Of a stretch of DNA of 46,023 bases, positions 7,339-16,140 are shown piece by piece (the first letter of the stretch is position 1; every line of letters begins with the position of its first letter). The translations under genes and the position numbers were made by a program. The stretch is from a virus (Duplodnaviria; Caudoviricetes): the IMG/VR virus record IMGVR_UViG_3300049782_000037, positions 1-46,023 of that record; one strand, 5' to 3'. A model generated the notes under the pieces. That model saw only the letters and a program-made list of their open reading frames with translations, was not told the DNA's origin and did not search any database.

Positions 7339-8576
7339 GCCACGCGCGCCGTGTCCTGGCGGGCGTACTCGACCAGGTGCCGCACGAGAGGCACCTCGGG
7401 GGCGACTCGGTCGAGCAGGTAGCGCACGGCGACCGAGCACTGCAGCGGAACGACCCCGTTCCCAAGGGCTTTGAGTCGCGCGTTTCGCAGTGCCGTCTCG
7501 GTCATTCCGGGGGCGGGCGGCACTGAGCAGACGTGACCGGCGGGCACGCCCATGTGCCACTCGGAGAACTCGGGCGCTAGGCGTCCTTGATCGTCAGTTG
7601 GCCAGGGGTGGCGGCGTCCGAGGATCGTTTCCCACCGGCGGACTGCGGGCTCGTAATCGCCCCACTCAATGTCGGGTTGCCCCGCCCGTACGTCGGACTG
7701 GACCGATCCCCGTCCGCTGTGGTCGGCGTCGGCAGCAGCGGTAGCACGACTTGCGACAGCGGCGGCCGGAACCCTTCTGACGCTCGCGGGGTCGGCAGCA
7801 GCCGCACCGCGTCGAGCAGCGTCATCCCGTACCCCGTCCCGTACGGCGTCCCGTCCGGCCGGAAGTTCGCCGTCGCCGCCGGGGCGGTCGCCGCCGCCGT
7901 CGGCAGCAACTTGATCGCCGTCCGCAGGTCGAGACCACCGGCCCCGTGCTCCCCCGCCCCGTTCGTGTCCGAGGTCCGCGGGGTCGGCAGCAGCCGGCCA
8001 CGCGATGATGAACTCGCGGAACCGCTCATGGGGAGCGCCGACCTCCGAAGCGCGTACGCCCGCCCATTCCGCATCGAACCCGATGGTGGCCAGGTCTCCG
8101 AGTACGGCACCAAGTGCTCGCAGAACAGGTTTCCCGCCTGCGTAGTCCAGACAGCACGCGTCGGGTCCCACTCCGCTACGAGCCTGCGTCGAGAGGATGC
8201 CGCGGACATTCTCGATCACCACCAATCGGGGTTGTAGGGCGGCGATCCCTTCGAGCATGTAGTGCCACAAGCCCGAGCGGGTGCCGATCATGAGGCCGAG
8301 GCGCTGCCCGGCGGAAGACAGGTCGGTGCAGGGGAACCCGCCCGTGACGACGTCGACCGGCCCGTGCTCGTCGAGCACGCGCTGCCACTTCACGCGGGTG
8401 ATGTCGCCGAGGTTGGGCACCTCGGGCCAGTGGTGCGCGAGGATCCGCGCCGCGTACTGGTATCTGTCCTCGGGGTCGTACTGGCAGTGCCACGCGATCT
8501 CGCCGCCGAGCACGGCCTGCACGCCCATGTCGAGCCCGCCGTACCCGCTGAACAGGGATCCGATCCGGAGCGTCAT
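7335..8576 (-). CDS. DNA (cytosine-5)-methyltransferase
   Basis: Motifs I (SLFSGYGG), IV (GFPC), VI (ENV), VIII (PHERFR) and X (LGNGVV). Confidence 0.93.
   Translation of the reverse strand: MTLRIGSLFSGYGGLDMGVQAVLGGEIAWHCQYDPEDRYQYAARILAHHWPEVPNLGDITRVKWQRVLDEHGPVDVVTGGFPCTDLSSAGQRLGLMIGTRSGLWHYMLEGIAALQPRLVVIENVRGILSTQARSGVGPDACCLDYAGGKPVLRALGAVLGDLATIGFDAEWAGVRASEVGAPHERFREFIIAWPAAADPADLGHERGGGARGRWSRPADGDQVAADGGGDRPGGDGELPAGRDAVRDGVRDDAARRGAAAADPASVRRVPAAAVASRATAAADADHSGRGSVQSDVRAGQPDIEWGDYEPAVRRWETILGRRHPWPTDDQGRLAPEFSEWHMGVPAGHVCSVPPAPGMTETALRNARLKALGNGVVPLQCSVAVRYLLDRVAPEVPLVRHLVEYARQDTARVA
7577..8209 (-). CDS. Nested out-of-frame ORF with four LLPT(P) repeats; putative second (TRD-bearing) subunit of the C5-methyltransferase
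   Basis: 210 codons open; ATG inside the ENV codons with SD-like GGTGGTGATC; repeats LLPTPRTSD, LLPTAAAT, LLPTPRASEG, LLPTPTTADG; codons CTG CTG CCG ACC fit host bias better than the outer frame. Confidence 0.7.
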   Translation of the reverse strand: MSAASSRRRLVAEWDPTRAVWTTQAGNLFCEHLVPYSETWPPSGSMRNGRAYALRRSALPMSGSASSSSRGRLLPTPRTSDTNGAGEHGAGGLDLRTAIKLLPTAAATAPAATANFRPDGTPYGTGYGMTLLDAVRLLPTPRASEGFRPPLSQVVLPLLPTPTTADGDRSSPTYGRGNPTLSGAITSPQSAGGKRSSDAATPGQLTIKDA

Positions 8577-9178
8577 GCCGCGGCTCCCATCACGTACCGC
8601 TGCCGGTACGCGTCCGGCCACTTCCCTTTGCTCAACCGGTCCCGCTGCGCCTGCGGCATGTCGAACAGCGGCAGGCCGCACCAGTCATGGCCGGCGGCGC
8701 GCAGCCACCAGGCGTCGCACTGGTCGCCGCCCCTGTCGTCGACAAACTCGGCCCCGGCCGCGAGATAGGCGGCCGCCGCCATGGCGGATTTGTCGGCGCC
8801 GCCGTTGTCGCACGCGTAGCTCTTGAGCGTCGCCGGGACGATGTACGCGTACGGCACGTCGGCGTCGAGCAGTTCGGGCAGTACCGCGCCGTGCACCTTC
8901 GCCGTGATCCCGGCCGCCATGGCGTGCTTGGGCAGGTCTTCGATCACTACGAGGTGTGGCCGGTGGTCGGCGATGTCGTCGCGGATGCTGTCGCGGATGT
9001 GCAGCAGCCTGCGGTCGCCGTCCGCGGCTCGGGTCTTGATCCGGTAGGTCGTGCCGTCGGGCAGGCACACACCGGTCGACGTCAGCGACAGGTCGAGCCC
9101 GATCACGCGGAACCCGTCGGGGCCGGCGATCGGGGCGGCGGGCTCGTGAGGGGCGAGCAGTCCGGGGATCGTCGTCAC
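8573..9178 (-). CDS. RuvC-like Holliday junction resolvase
   Basis: VIGLDLSLTSTG, VVIED, K..A...G.ADK, DQCDA catalytic pattern. Confidence 0.88.
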   Translation of the reverse strand: MTTIPGLLAPHEPAAPIAGPDGFRVIGLDLSLTSTGVCLPDGTTYRIKTRAADGDRRLLHIRDSIRDDIADHRPHLVVIEDLPKHAMAAGITAKVHGAVLPELLDADVPYAYIVPATLKSYACDNGGADKSAMAAAAYLAAGAEFVDDRGGDQCDAWWLRAAGHDWCGLPLFDMPQAQRDRLSKGKWPDAYRQRYVMGAAA

Positions 9179-9648
9179 GCCGCACCGCCCCGGTGCACGG
9201 GCGCGATCGGCCCGCGCAGCGCCCGCAGCGCGTCGAGCGGCTCGGGCGTCGGGTGGTCGTTCGACCGCATCAGCGGCGCGCCCTGCCCGTCGAGGCTGCC
9301 GTACCACAGCCACGTCGACCCGGCGGCGTCCTGCCACGGCATCGACAGATCCCACGCGTGGCCGGTGCCGTCCGTCCACACCTGCGCGGAGCGGTCGAGA
9401 CTGCCCGCGTTCGAGTGCAGCGGCTCGTCGGGCCGCGTCCACCGCGGCGTTCGCTCGGACGGGCCGCAGGGGCCGTGCGGGTGCTCGTTGGCGAGCATGT
9501 CGGCGATGACCCGCAGCACCGTCGCCGCCTTGATCTTGCATACCTGGTCGTCGCCGTGGATCTCGGCGCCGCCCGAGGTGTCGACGAGGATGACGAACGG
9601 GTGCTCGGTGAAGTCGATGATCCGGTGCCGGCTGAAAATGTCGCTCAT
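9175..9648 (-). CDS. Hypothetical protein (phiSA1p31-like C-terminal domain)
   Basis: WDLS..WQD..G.TW.W.G.....PLM......PL..L....GPI pattern, recalled from Streptomyces phage proteins. Confidence 0.55.
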   Translation of the reverse strand: MSDIFSRHRIIDFTEHPFVILVDTSGGAEIHGDDQVCKIKAATVLRVIADMLANEHPHGPCGPSERTPRWTRPDEPLHSNAGSLDRSAQVWTDGTGHAWDLSMPWQDAAGSTWLWYGSLDGQGAPLMRSNDHPTPEPLDALRALRGPIAPVHRGGAA

Positions 9649-10475
9649 GCGCTCGCCCCCTCGGGCTCGGTGCTGTCGGCGGTCGGCGCAGCCCACGGGC
9701 GCAGCGGCCACGCGCGGTCGACGACGGCGTCGGGGTTGGTCTTGCGTAGGTGCTTTTCGAGCCCGGCCGCCTGGTCGGCCGCCCACTCGATCTGCGCGGC
9801 GTGCAGCTCAGCGACCGTGAGGTCGCGGAACGGCAGGAAGGTGACGCGGCGCTCGGCGCGTACGTGCTCGGGCCAGTCCGCCCGCCGCATGTGCGCGAGA
9901 TCGGCGATCCTGCGGGCGATCTGCGCGGCGGCGATCGCGTCGAACGAGCAGCCGTGCGCCGCGTCCTCGTCCCACGGCACGCCGTAGAACTGCGCGAGGG
10001 TGACGAGCTGCCGTGCGCCCTGCGTCTCCGATACGCGCTTGCGGTACGGCACGGCCCGCTGATCGAGCACGCGGGTGTCGATGACGTGCAGCGGGTGCCC
10101 GTCGAGCCGGTCCAGTAGGGTCGGCAGGCTGTAGCGGCGGCACTCGCGGTCGAGCAGCGTCAGGTCATACGACACGTTGTGCCCGACGACCGCGGCGCCG
10201 CCCAACACGATGTGCGAGGCGAGACGCGCGGTCACGTCGTGCACGACCTCGGCGGCGGGCGTGCCGTGCTCGCGGGCGTACTCGGTGCTGATCTTGTGCA
10301 CGGCGGATGCGTCGGCCGGAATCTCGATTCCGGGGTCGGCGAGCCACTCGCGGGCGTCGGGGTCGAGCCCGCCACCGCGGGTGTGCACGGCGGCGGTCAC
10401 GATCCGGTCGTTCTCGACGTCGACGCCGGTCGTCTCCAGGTCGAATGCGGCCCAACGGCCGAGGTGCCACGTCAC
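9645..10475 (-). CDS. DnaQ-like 3'-5' exonuclease (DEDDh)
   Basis: FDLETTG, GHNVSYD, AHGCSFDA motifs. Confidence 0.9.
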   Translation of the reverse strand: MTWHLGRWAAFDLETTGVDVENDRIVTAAVHTRGGGLDPDAREWLADPGIEIPADASAVHKISTEYAREHGTPAAEVVHDVTARLASHIVLGGAAVVGHNVSYDLTLLDRECRRYSLPTLLDRLDGHPLHVIDTRVLDQRAVPYRKRVSETQGARQLVTLAQFYGVPWDEDAAHGCSFDAIAAAQIARRIADLAHMRRADWPEHVRAERRVTFLPFRDLTVAELHAAQIEWAADQAAGLEKHLRKTNPDAVVDRAWPLRPWAAPTADSTEPEGASA

Positions 10476-10642
10476 GATGCCTCCCCAGTGGGCGCCGGGG
10501 CGTCGAGCCCGAGCGCTTCGAGCAGCTGCTGCTCGTCGTCGTGGTCCGTGGCGTTGCGCGCCACCAGCCGTGCCGCGGCGGCACGCTCGGCGTCGGTGTT
10601 GCCGGTGACCGTCGTTTCCGTGAAGGACGCGAGGTTCGTCAT
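10472..10642 (-). CDS. Small hypothetical protein
   Basis: 56 aa, 4-nt overlaps on both sides. Confidence 0.6.
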   Translation of the reverse strand: MTNLASFTETTVTGNTDAERAAAARLVARNATDHDDEQQLLEALGLDAPAPTGEAS

Positions 10643-11727
10643 GGGCGCGGCCCCGATCCGGGCTGCGCGGCCGCCGGCCACGTCACGGCGCCGGGCTCGG
10701 CGACCGGCGGCTCGTCGTCGACGACCTCGCCGTCGATGACGCCGTCGTCGTCCGGCCCGTACTCGTCGTCGCCGGTGTCGTCCTGGTCGCCGATCTGGCC
10801 CGTGCTGGGGTCGATGCCCTTGTCGATGTCCTCGGCAATCCGCATGAGGTCCCGCGACAGCTCGTCGGACCCGTCGCGGGCGACGTGCCCGGCACGGTTC
10901 GCGCGCCTCCACACCTCACGCACCTCGGCGGACGTGCGGCAGGCGCGGGCATCGGCGAGGTAGTCGGGACGCTCGGCGGGCGCCGCCTCGATCGCCGGTC
11001 GGTCCAGCGTGCTCGGGTCGAGCGCGGCCGCCGTCGAGATCGGCCCGCTCAGCGCGTGCCGCAACTTCGGCAGCGCGGGCACGAGCATGACGACTTGGTA
11101 CTGCTTCGTCTTGCCCTCGCGCACCGCCGTGCGCTGCTCGATCCACATGCGAACCGGCAACAGCCCGGTACCGCCCGTCGCCTGCAGCACCGTGTCGAGC
11201 CCGCCGGCGATCGCGTCGGCCGCGTAGTACGACTTCGTCTCCAGGCGCCACACGCCCAGGTCGGGAAGGTCGGGCAGGAACACGCCGATCCTGGACGTCG
11301 GGCGGCACACCTGCGTCGGCGGCCGCTCGTGCCAGTTCTCGCCGTACTGCGCGAGGCAGATGCACGGCTGCCCGCTGATTGACTCGGTCACGCCGTCGCA
11401 GCGGCGCTCACAGCCGCCGCCTCCCCACTTCTCATTCGCCTGGTTCAGCACGTCGCCGGCCGGGAGGATTGCCCGCAGTTCGTGCGCCTTGGTGATGACA
11501 CGCCACTGCGCGACGCTCTGCCGCTGCGGCGTCCACTGCTCGACCCGGCCGCCGTACAGATCGGCGGCCGCGGCGACGTACTCACGGGAGTGCGACGTCA
11601 GGATGAACGTCTTCGACTTGACGGGGATCGGCTTCCCGTCGGGCTTGGGGTTCGGCCGGCTGTAGCCGGTGCGGATACGGCCGAGTTCAGCCGCCTGCCG
11701 CTTCAGAGTCATGATTCGGGAGCCCAT
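10639..11727 (-). CDS. Gp3-like recombination directionality factor family protein
   Basis: LGRIRTG, RRCDG, C.PTSR..V.LPDLP.LGVWRLETKSYYAA motifs. Confidence 0.75.
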   Translation of the reverse strand: MGSRIMTLKRQAAELGRIRTGYSRPNPKPDGKPIPVKSKTFILTSHSREYVAAAADLYGGRVEQWTPQRQSVAQWRVITKAHELRAILPAGDVLNQANEKWGGGGCERRCDGVTESISGQPCICLAQYGENWHERPPTQVCRPTSRIGVFLPDLPDLGVWRLETKSYYAADAIAGGLDTVLQATGGTGLLPVRMWIEQRTAVREGKTKQYQVVMLVPALPKLRHALSGPISTAAALDPSTLDRPAIEAAPAERPDYLADARACRTSAEVREVWRRANRAGHVARDGSDELSRDLMRIAEDIDKGIDPSTGQIGDQDDTGDDEYGPDDDGVIDGEVVDDEPPVAEPGAVTWPAAAQPGSGPRP

Positions 11728-11728
11728 G

Positions 11729-12553
11729 TCAGGCTGCCTTTCGGTCGGCGCCCGGCGCCCACGGCGGAACGACCGTGGAGTACGCCGAGGGCGCGTCGTG
11801 CAGATAGCGAGCGGTGCGCATCGCGCCGAGGAACGCGCGGAACTGCGCCCGGCCGCTGGGGACCTCGATCAGCCGGTGACTGCGCGGCCGCAAGTTGAGC
11901 AGCGCCGTGCGATGCACCCGCGGCGCGGGCTCGCTGGTGTCGTCGGGCAGCAGCCACTCGGGCGCCTGCCGCAGCGCGGCGAGCTGCAGCGGCTGCTCGT
12001 CGTACACCGTGTCGACGGGCTTCTTCGCGCTCGTCTTGTAGTCGATGAGCCACAACTGCCGCCGCCGGTAAGGGCCGGTCGGCAGCCACAGCCACACGTC
12101 GCCGGTGCCGGCGTAGCCGTACTGCCGGTGCATCACGGTCGTCTCGACAGCCTCGACGTCGCGGTCGACGTCGACCCGCCACAGCCGGTAGAAGGCGGCG
12201 AGTTGGACGGCGTACGGCTCGACCTCGGGGTCGTACGGGTGCGGGGTGTTGAGCACCAGGGCGACGGCCCGCAGGTGCACGCGCGTGCCGAGGTCCTGCG
12301 CACGCTCGGTGTACTGCCGGTGCGCGGCGACGAGTTCGCGTCGCAGCGCGGCCGGCGCGGTGCGGGCGCGGCGTGCGGTCGCGATCGGGTGGGCGATCAC
12401 CTGGTCGGCCGCGAGTCCGGCCGCCCACGGCAGCAGTGCGGGTTTCGCGATGTGCGACAGCACGTTGGTAACGGAGATCAGGTCGGGCCCCCCGGCGGGG
12501 TCGCGGTAGTAGCGACCCCGCTCGGTTGCGACGGCCCACTTCGGGTCGGTCAC
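11729..12553 (-). CDS. Cas4-like/RecB-family PD-(D/E)xK exonuclease
   Basis: SVTNVL, GTRVH, YAGTGD, IDYKTS, QLAA motifs. Confidence 0.85.
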   Translation of the reverse strand: MTDPKWAVATERGRYYRDPAGGPDLISVTNVLSHIAKPALLPWAAGLAADQVIAHPIATARRARTAPAALRRELVAAHRQYTERAQDLGTRVHLRAVALVLNTPHPYDPEVEPYAVQLAAFYRLWRVDVDRDVEAVETTVMHRQYGYAGTGDVWLWLPTGPYRRRQLWLIDYKTSAKKPVDTVYDEQPLQLAALRQAPEWLLPDDTSEPAPRVHRTALLNLRPRSHRLIEVPSGRAQFRAFLGAMRTARYLHDAPSAYSTVVPPWAPGADRKAA

Positions 12554-12885
12554 TGCTCGCCGCCTGCCTGCGTCGGCTCGTGAGTGGCTACGTCCTCGCG
12601 CGGCTGGCTGCCGCTGGGGATGCTCTTCTCACTGGCCTTGACCGCACGACCGACCGCGATACGCAGGGAGTGCTCGACGCCTCGGGCGCCGTGCCCCCTC
12701 TCGTTCTCGCCGTACTTGAACTGCGATTGCGCGTTCCGATCAGCGATACCGACCGCCTCGCGCAGCACGTCGACCCGGTGCTCGGCGTCGTACTGCGCGA
12801 GCAGCTTGTCGACGATTCCCTGCGGGTCGCGGCTGTCGGCGAAGTACACGCGCAGCGCGTGCTCGATCACGGTTCGAGCGGTCAT
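12550..12885 (-). CDS. Hypothetical protein
   Basis: Operon-coupled ORF. Confidence 0.65.
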   Translation of the reverse strand: MTARTVIEHALRVYFADSRDPQGIVDKLLAQYDAEHRVDVLREAVGIADRNAQSQFKYGENERGHGARGVEHSLRIAVGRAVKASEKSIPSGSQPREDVATHEPTQAGGEQ

Positions 12886-13448
12886 GCCGTCTCACCGCCC
12901 CCACGCTGCGCAGCGATCCGGGCGTCGAGCCGGTCGCGCTCGATCTGCGCGACCTCGACGGCGAGGTCGAGCGCCTCGTCGAGCCCGTACGCGAACGCCT
13001 CGGCCCGACCGATCTCGGTGACGTACTGCCACCCGTCCGGGTCGCGCCACGCCCGCAGCCCGGTCACGGCGCCGTCGGTTACGGCCCACCGGTTCGAGTC
13101 AGCAGAGTCGCGCTGCACGACGAGTTCGCCGTACCCGCCGCCGAGCCCGTCGGGCAGCGGCACCCGGAACTCGGATGCGAGGGTGATCTGCGTCGCGAGG
13201 TGCTTCACGTACTGCGCCAACACCCATTCCTCGGCGCCGTCGAGGTCCCACCGGTCCGGGTCGGGCATGGTGGCGAGCACGTCGTCGGCGAGCCGGCGGT
13301 ATGCTTGCGCGTCAAGCACGAGCCGGGACGGGTTGAGGTCGTCGCCGAGGATCTCCCGGCGCACCTCGGCGCGGTACGCGTCGAGTCGAGCGACACGCTT
13401 CGGGTGATCGGCGCGCTGCGCGCGGTACAACTCGTCGCGGGCGCTCAT
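12882..13448 (-). CDS. Hypothetical protein
   Basis: Operon-coupled ORF, good codon bias. Confidence 0.7.
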   Translation of the reverse strand: MSARDELYRAQRADHPKRVARLDAYRAEVRREILGDDLNPSRLVLDAQAYRRLADDVLATMPDPDRWDLDGAEEWVLAQYVKHLATQITLASEFRVPLPDGLGGGYGELVVQRDSADSNRWAVTDGAVTGLRAWRDPDGWQYVTEIGRAEAFAYGLDEALDLAVEVAQIERDRLDARIAAQRGGGETA

Positions 13449-14095
13449 GCCGACTCACCCGCCTCAACGGCCAGCACATCGCGGCCGCACTCCGTCACCT
13501 GCGACCGCCTGTACGTGCAGGTACCGCCGTCGGGCAGATCCTCGGCCGTGAGCGCCACCATGCCCACCCAGCGGTGAGCATGCTTGCGGCACAGCAGGAG
13601 ACCGGGGCGGTCCGGGTCGCGGTAGGCGACGACGCCCTCGTCGTGCACGGGGATACCCCGCTCGGTGCGGAACTCGACGATTGCCTCGTCGCAGCACACC
13701 GGCTCGCCCGCGACGCTGTGCTCGTCCTGCACGCACCCGTCGTCGGATGCCTCGGCCTCGCTGAGTACCTCCCACGGCAGATTGCAGTGCGAGCAGAACT
13801 CGGTCTCCGTGCAGGTGACGGACACGTCGGCGACGTGTGACATCGTGCGCAGTTCGGCGGCGATGTCCTCGCAGCGGCGCCGGTAGTCGCCCTCGACGTC
13901 GCGGCTCGCGAGCCGGTCGCCCATGGACACGAACCCGAGGTCGCCGAGCCGGCGCGGCAGCACAGCGAACGTGATCGGCTCGGCGACGGCGACGAACTCC
14001 GCGAGGTCGCCGAGCCCGGTCAGTCCGAGGTCGGCGGGGCGGCGAGGCTTGAGAGTGGCCATCACGCGCCACTCGTCGCGGTGTGTGATTTTCAC
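13445..14095 (-). CDS. Hypothetical Cys-rich protein
   Basis: CSHC, CC, C..H, C...CG motifs; GTGA overlap. Confidence 0.7.
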   Translation of the reverse strand: MKITHRDEWRVMATLKPRRPADLGLTGLGDLAEFVAVAEPITFAVLPRRLGDLGFVSMGDRLASRDVEGDYRRRCEDIAAELRTMSHVADVSVTCTETEFCSHCNLPWEVLSEAEASDDGCVQDEHSVAGEPVCCDEAIVEFRTERGIPVHDEGVVAYRDPDRPGLLLCRKHAHRWVGMVALTAEDLPDGGTCTYRRSQVTECGRDVLAVEAGESA

Positions 14096-14463
14096 GCGGC
14101 CGCACCTCCCTCGCCGGCCTGCCGCGCGGCCACGGCCGGTGCGGCGAGTTGCGCGATCTGCCCGGCGAGCGCGAGCGTCTGCAGCCCGTACACCGGCAGC
14201 TTCGTTCCCGCGACGGCGACCAGGTCGGCGACGAGCGACTCGAACCGCAGGTCGCCCGCCCGCTCGATCACATGCGGGTCGCGCGCCTGCACGTCCTGCA
14301 GCTCGGCGAACCGGTCGGCGAACCGGTCGTTGTTCACCAGCGCGGCGAGGACGTCGTGCACGGCGCTCTGCACGAATGCCTCGACGTCGAGGGTCACACC
14401 GGTCGGGATCGGCTCGACGGTGATACGGAACGGCCCGTCAACGGGCGTGACCTTCTCCGTCAT
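14092..14463 (-). CDS. Hypothetical protein
   Basis: MTEKVTPVDGPFRITVEP; ATGA overlap. Confidence 0.7.
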   Translation of the reverse strand: MTEKVTPVDGPFRITVEPIPTGVTLDVEAFVQSAVHDVLAALVNNDRFADRFAELQDVQARDPHVIERAGDLRFESLVADLVAVAGTKLPVYGLQTLALAGQIAQLAAPAVAARQAGEGGAAA

Positions 14464-14960
14464 CGGACACCCCCAGCACGCCGAGCGGCGTTCACCTCGC
14501 CGTACATGGCGGGCACCCCGACGCCGACGAGCCGGGCACGGACGCCGCCGTACGTGAGGCGCACGACCATCGACGAGCCGGTCGACTCGCCCCGCGCGTC
14601 GCCGACGTCGAGCGTGTGCATCCACTGCCGCCAGTCGGCCAGGCACTTGGGGTGAACGACGATCGTCACCTCGCCGCGTACCGCGGTCACTTCGGGCTCG
14701 CCGGGCATCCCGGCAGTCTCGACGCCCGCCTGATAGGCGGCGTTCTTCGCCTTCCGGCACTGGTCGAGCATCGCGACGGCGGCCGGGCTCGGGGCGGGCC
14801 GGGTCCGGCCGGGCACCCCGAACGGGTCGGCGGCCGGAACGAGCAGACCCAACTCGTCCAGTTCCTGCGCCGCTTCGAGCGCGGGATCGTCGCTCGTGCC
14901 GTGCACGACGGCGGCGGCGATGATGCGGGCGGCGCGCTGCGCCTGCAGGCTCGTCGTCAT
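14460..14960 (-). CDS. Hypothetical protein
   Basis: MTTSLQAQRAARII; ATGA overlap. Confidence 0.7.
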   Translation of the reverse strand: MTTSLQAQRAARIIAAAVVHGTSDDPALEAAQELDELGLLVPAADPFGVPGRTRPAPSPAAVAMLDQCRKAKNAAYQAGVETAGMPGEPEVTAVRGEVTIVVHPKCLADWRQWMHTLDVGDARGESTGSSMVVRLTYGGVRARLVGVGVPAMYGEVNAARRAGGVR

Positions 14961-15310
14961 GCCGACACCGCCCCGCGGAACTCGGCGGGCACGAACTCGT
15001 GGTGCACGAGGGCGACGTGCACGAGGATCCGCACGGTCGACCCGTCGCCACGGGCGGGCGTCGCGGTGCGCAGCGTCCACAGCGACGCCCCGTCGAGGGC
15101 GGGCGCGCGGCTCACGTCGCCGCCGAGGGCGAACACCCACGCGGCGAACTCCTCGCCGCCGGCGACGACGACGTGCACGCCGTCCTCGCGGGCGAGCGGG
15201 GGCCGCGCGGTGGGCAGGTTGAGGTAGTCGACCGCCGCCTCGACCGCCATGATCTGCCGGTCGGCGGTCGGCGGGGTGGCCGATCGGATGGGGATAGGCT
15301 CAGCGCTCAT
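14957..15310 (-). CDS. Hypothetical protein
   Basis: MSAEPIPIRS; SD-like GAGG upstream. Confidence 0.7.
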   Translation of the reverse strand: MSAEPIPIRSATPPTADRQIMAVEAAVDYLNLPTARPPLAREDGVHVVVAGGEEFAAWVFALGGDVSRAPALDGASLWTLRTATPARGDGSTVRILVHVALVHHEFVPAEFRGAVSA

Positions 15311-15412
15311 GGCGCGTGCCTCGCTTTCCTGTCGCGGGATGAGTGGGGCGGTGCGCCCCATGGGGTCGTCTCGCTGCTTGGCCGTTGCGGGACGGCCCCT
15401 TTTGTCGTGTGG

Positions 15413-15634
15413 CTACGCCGCCGACTGCTGCTCGCCGTGCTCGGCGGCGCGACGGCGGACGATCTCGGCCTCGATCGCGTCGACCGTGCCGAGCGGGTGA
15501 CCGGGGTACCAAGCGGCGGCGGCCGCTTCGCGGGGGGTGCGCGCGGCGCGCTCGGCGACCGCGTCGACCAGCGCGGCGGCGGCCGCCCGGATGGCTCGGG
15601 CCCGCTCCAGCGACGGCGTTGCGGGGGCGCTCAC
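15413..15634 (-). CDS. Small Ala-rich hypothetical protein
   Basis: GTGA overlap with the Cro stop. Confidence 0.6.
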   Translation of the reverse strand: MSAPATPSLERARAIRAAAAALVDAVAERAARTPREAAAAAWYPGHPLGTVDAIEAEIVRRRAAEHGEQQSAA

Positions 15635-15897
15635 GCCGCCGCCTTCACGCGTTGCGCCGCCCGCGCCTTGGCCTGCGTCGAGGCGACGGTGCCGAACGTG
15701 AACAGGTCCTCGAACCGCACGCCGTACGTGGTGAGGATCCGCGCGATCGCGGCCGGCCCGGCCTGCCCGCCGTTGCGCAGCCGGTGCAGGGCGCCGACGC
15801 TCATGCCCGTTGCCTCGGCCTGCTGCTCGTAGGTGGTGTGGCCGCGTGCGCCGGCCACGTCGAGGAAGTCCTCGACCTTGAGCACGATGGTGTCCAT
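15631..15897 (-). CDS. Cro-like XRE HTH regulator
   Basis: TYEQQAEATGMSVGALHRLRNGG...FEDLF; divergent from the repressor and first gene of the early operon. Confidence 0.85.
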   Translation of the reverse strand: MDTIVLKVEDFLDVAGARGHTTYEQQAEATGMSVGALHRLRNGGQAGPAAIARILTTYGVRFEDLFTFGTVASTQAKARAAQRVKAAA

Positions 15898-15906
15898 CGG
15901 GCTTCC

Positions 15907-16130
15907 TTCCAGCGATGGAAGTTCCGTTGATGGAAGGAACGTAGCACCTTCCTTCCGTGAGTGGAAGTTCCGGTGACGGAAGGAAGGTGAACCGTCTTCC
16001 GGTTGCGGAATGGGCACAGATGTTCGAGGATGACAGCGACGTGCAAGAACGGCGAAAGGTTGTACGGCCAACTACTTGACGCGCCATTCCGCTACTGGAA
16101 GGTTGCCTAAATCTGCTTCCAGTGGCGGTA
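15907..16130. promoter_or_regulatory. Lysis-lysogeny switch: array of TTCC-N6-GGAA operators and divergent promoters
   Basis: Sites at 15907-15920, 15922-15935, 15953-15966, 15968-15981, 15997-16010, 16087-16100, imperfect 16117-16130; leftward -10 TACGTT between the two pairs; rightward -10 TAATCT 6 nt before the repressor ATG. Confidence 0.85.
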
Positions 16131-16140
16131 ATCTGCGCGC

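Noticed and set aside
11729-12553. Cas4 as evidence of a CRISPR system
   Set aside because: It is a solo PD-(D/E)xK exonuclease in the phage recombination module, with no cas1/cas2 or array.
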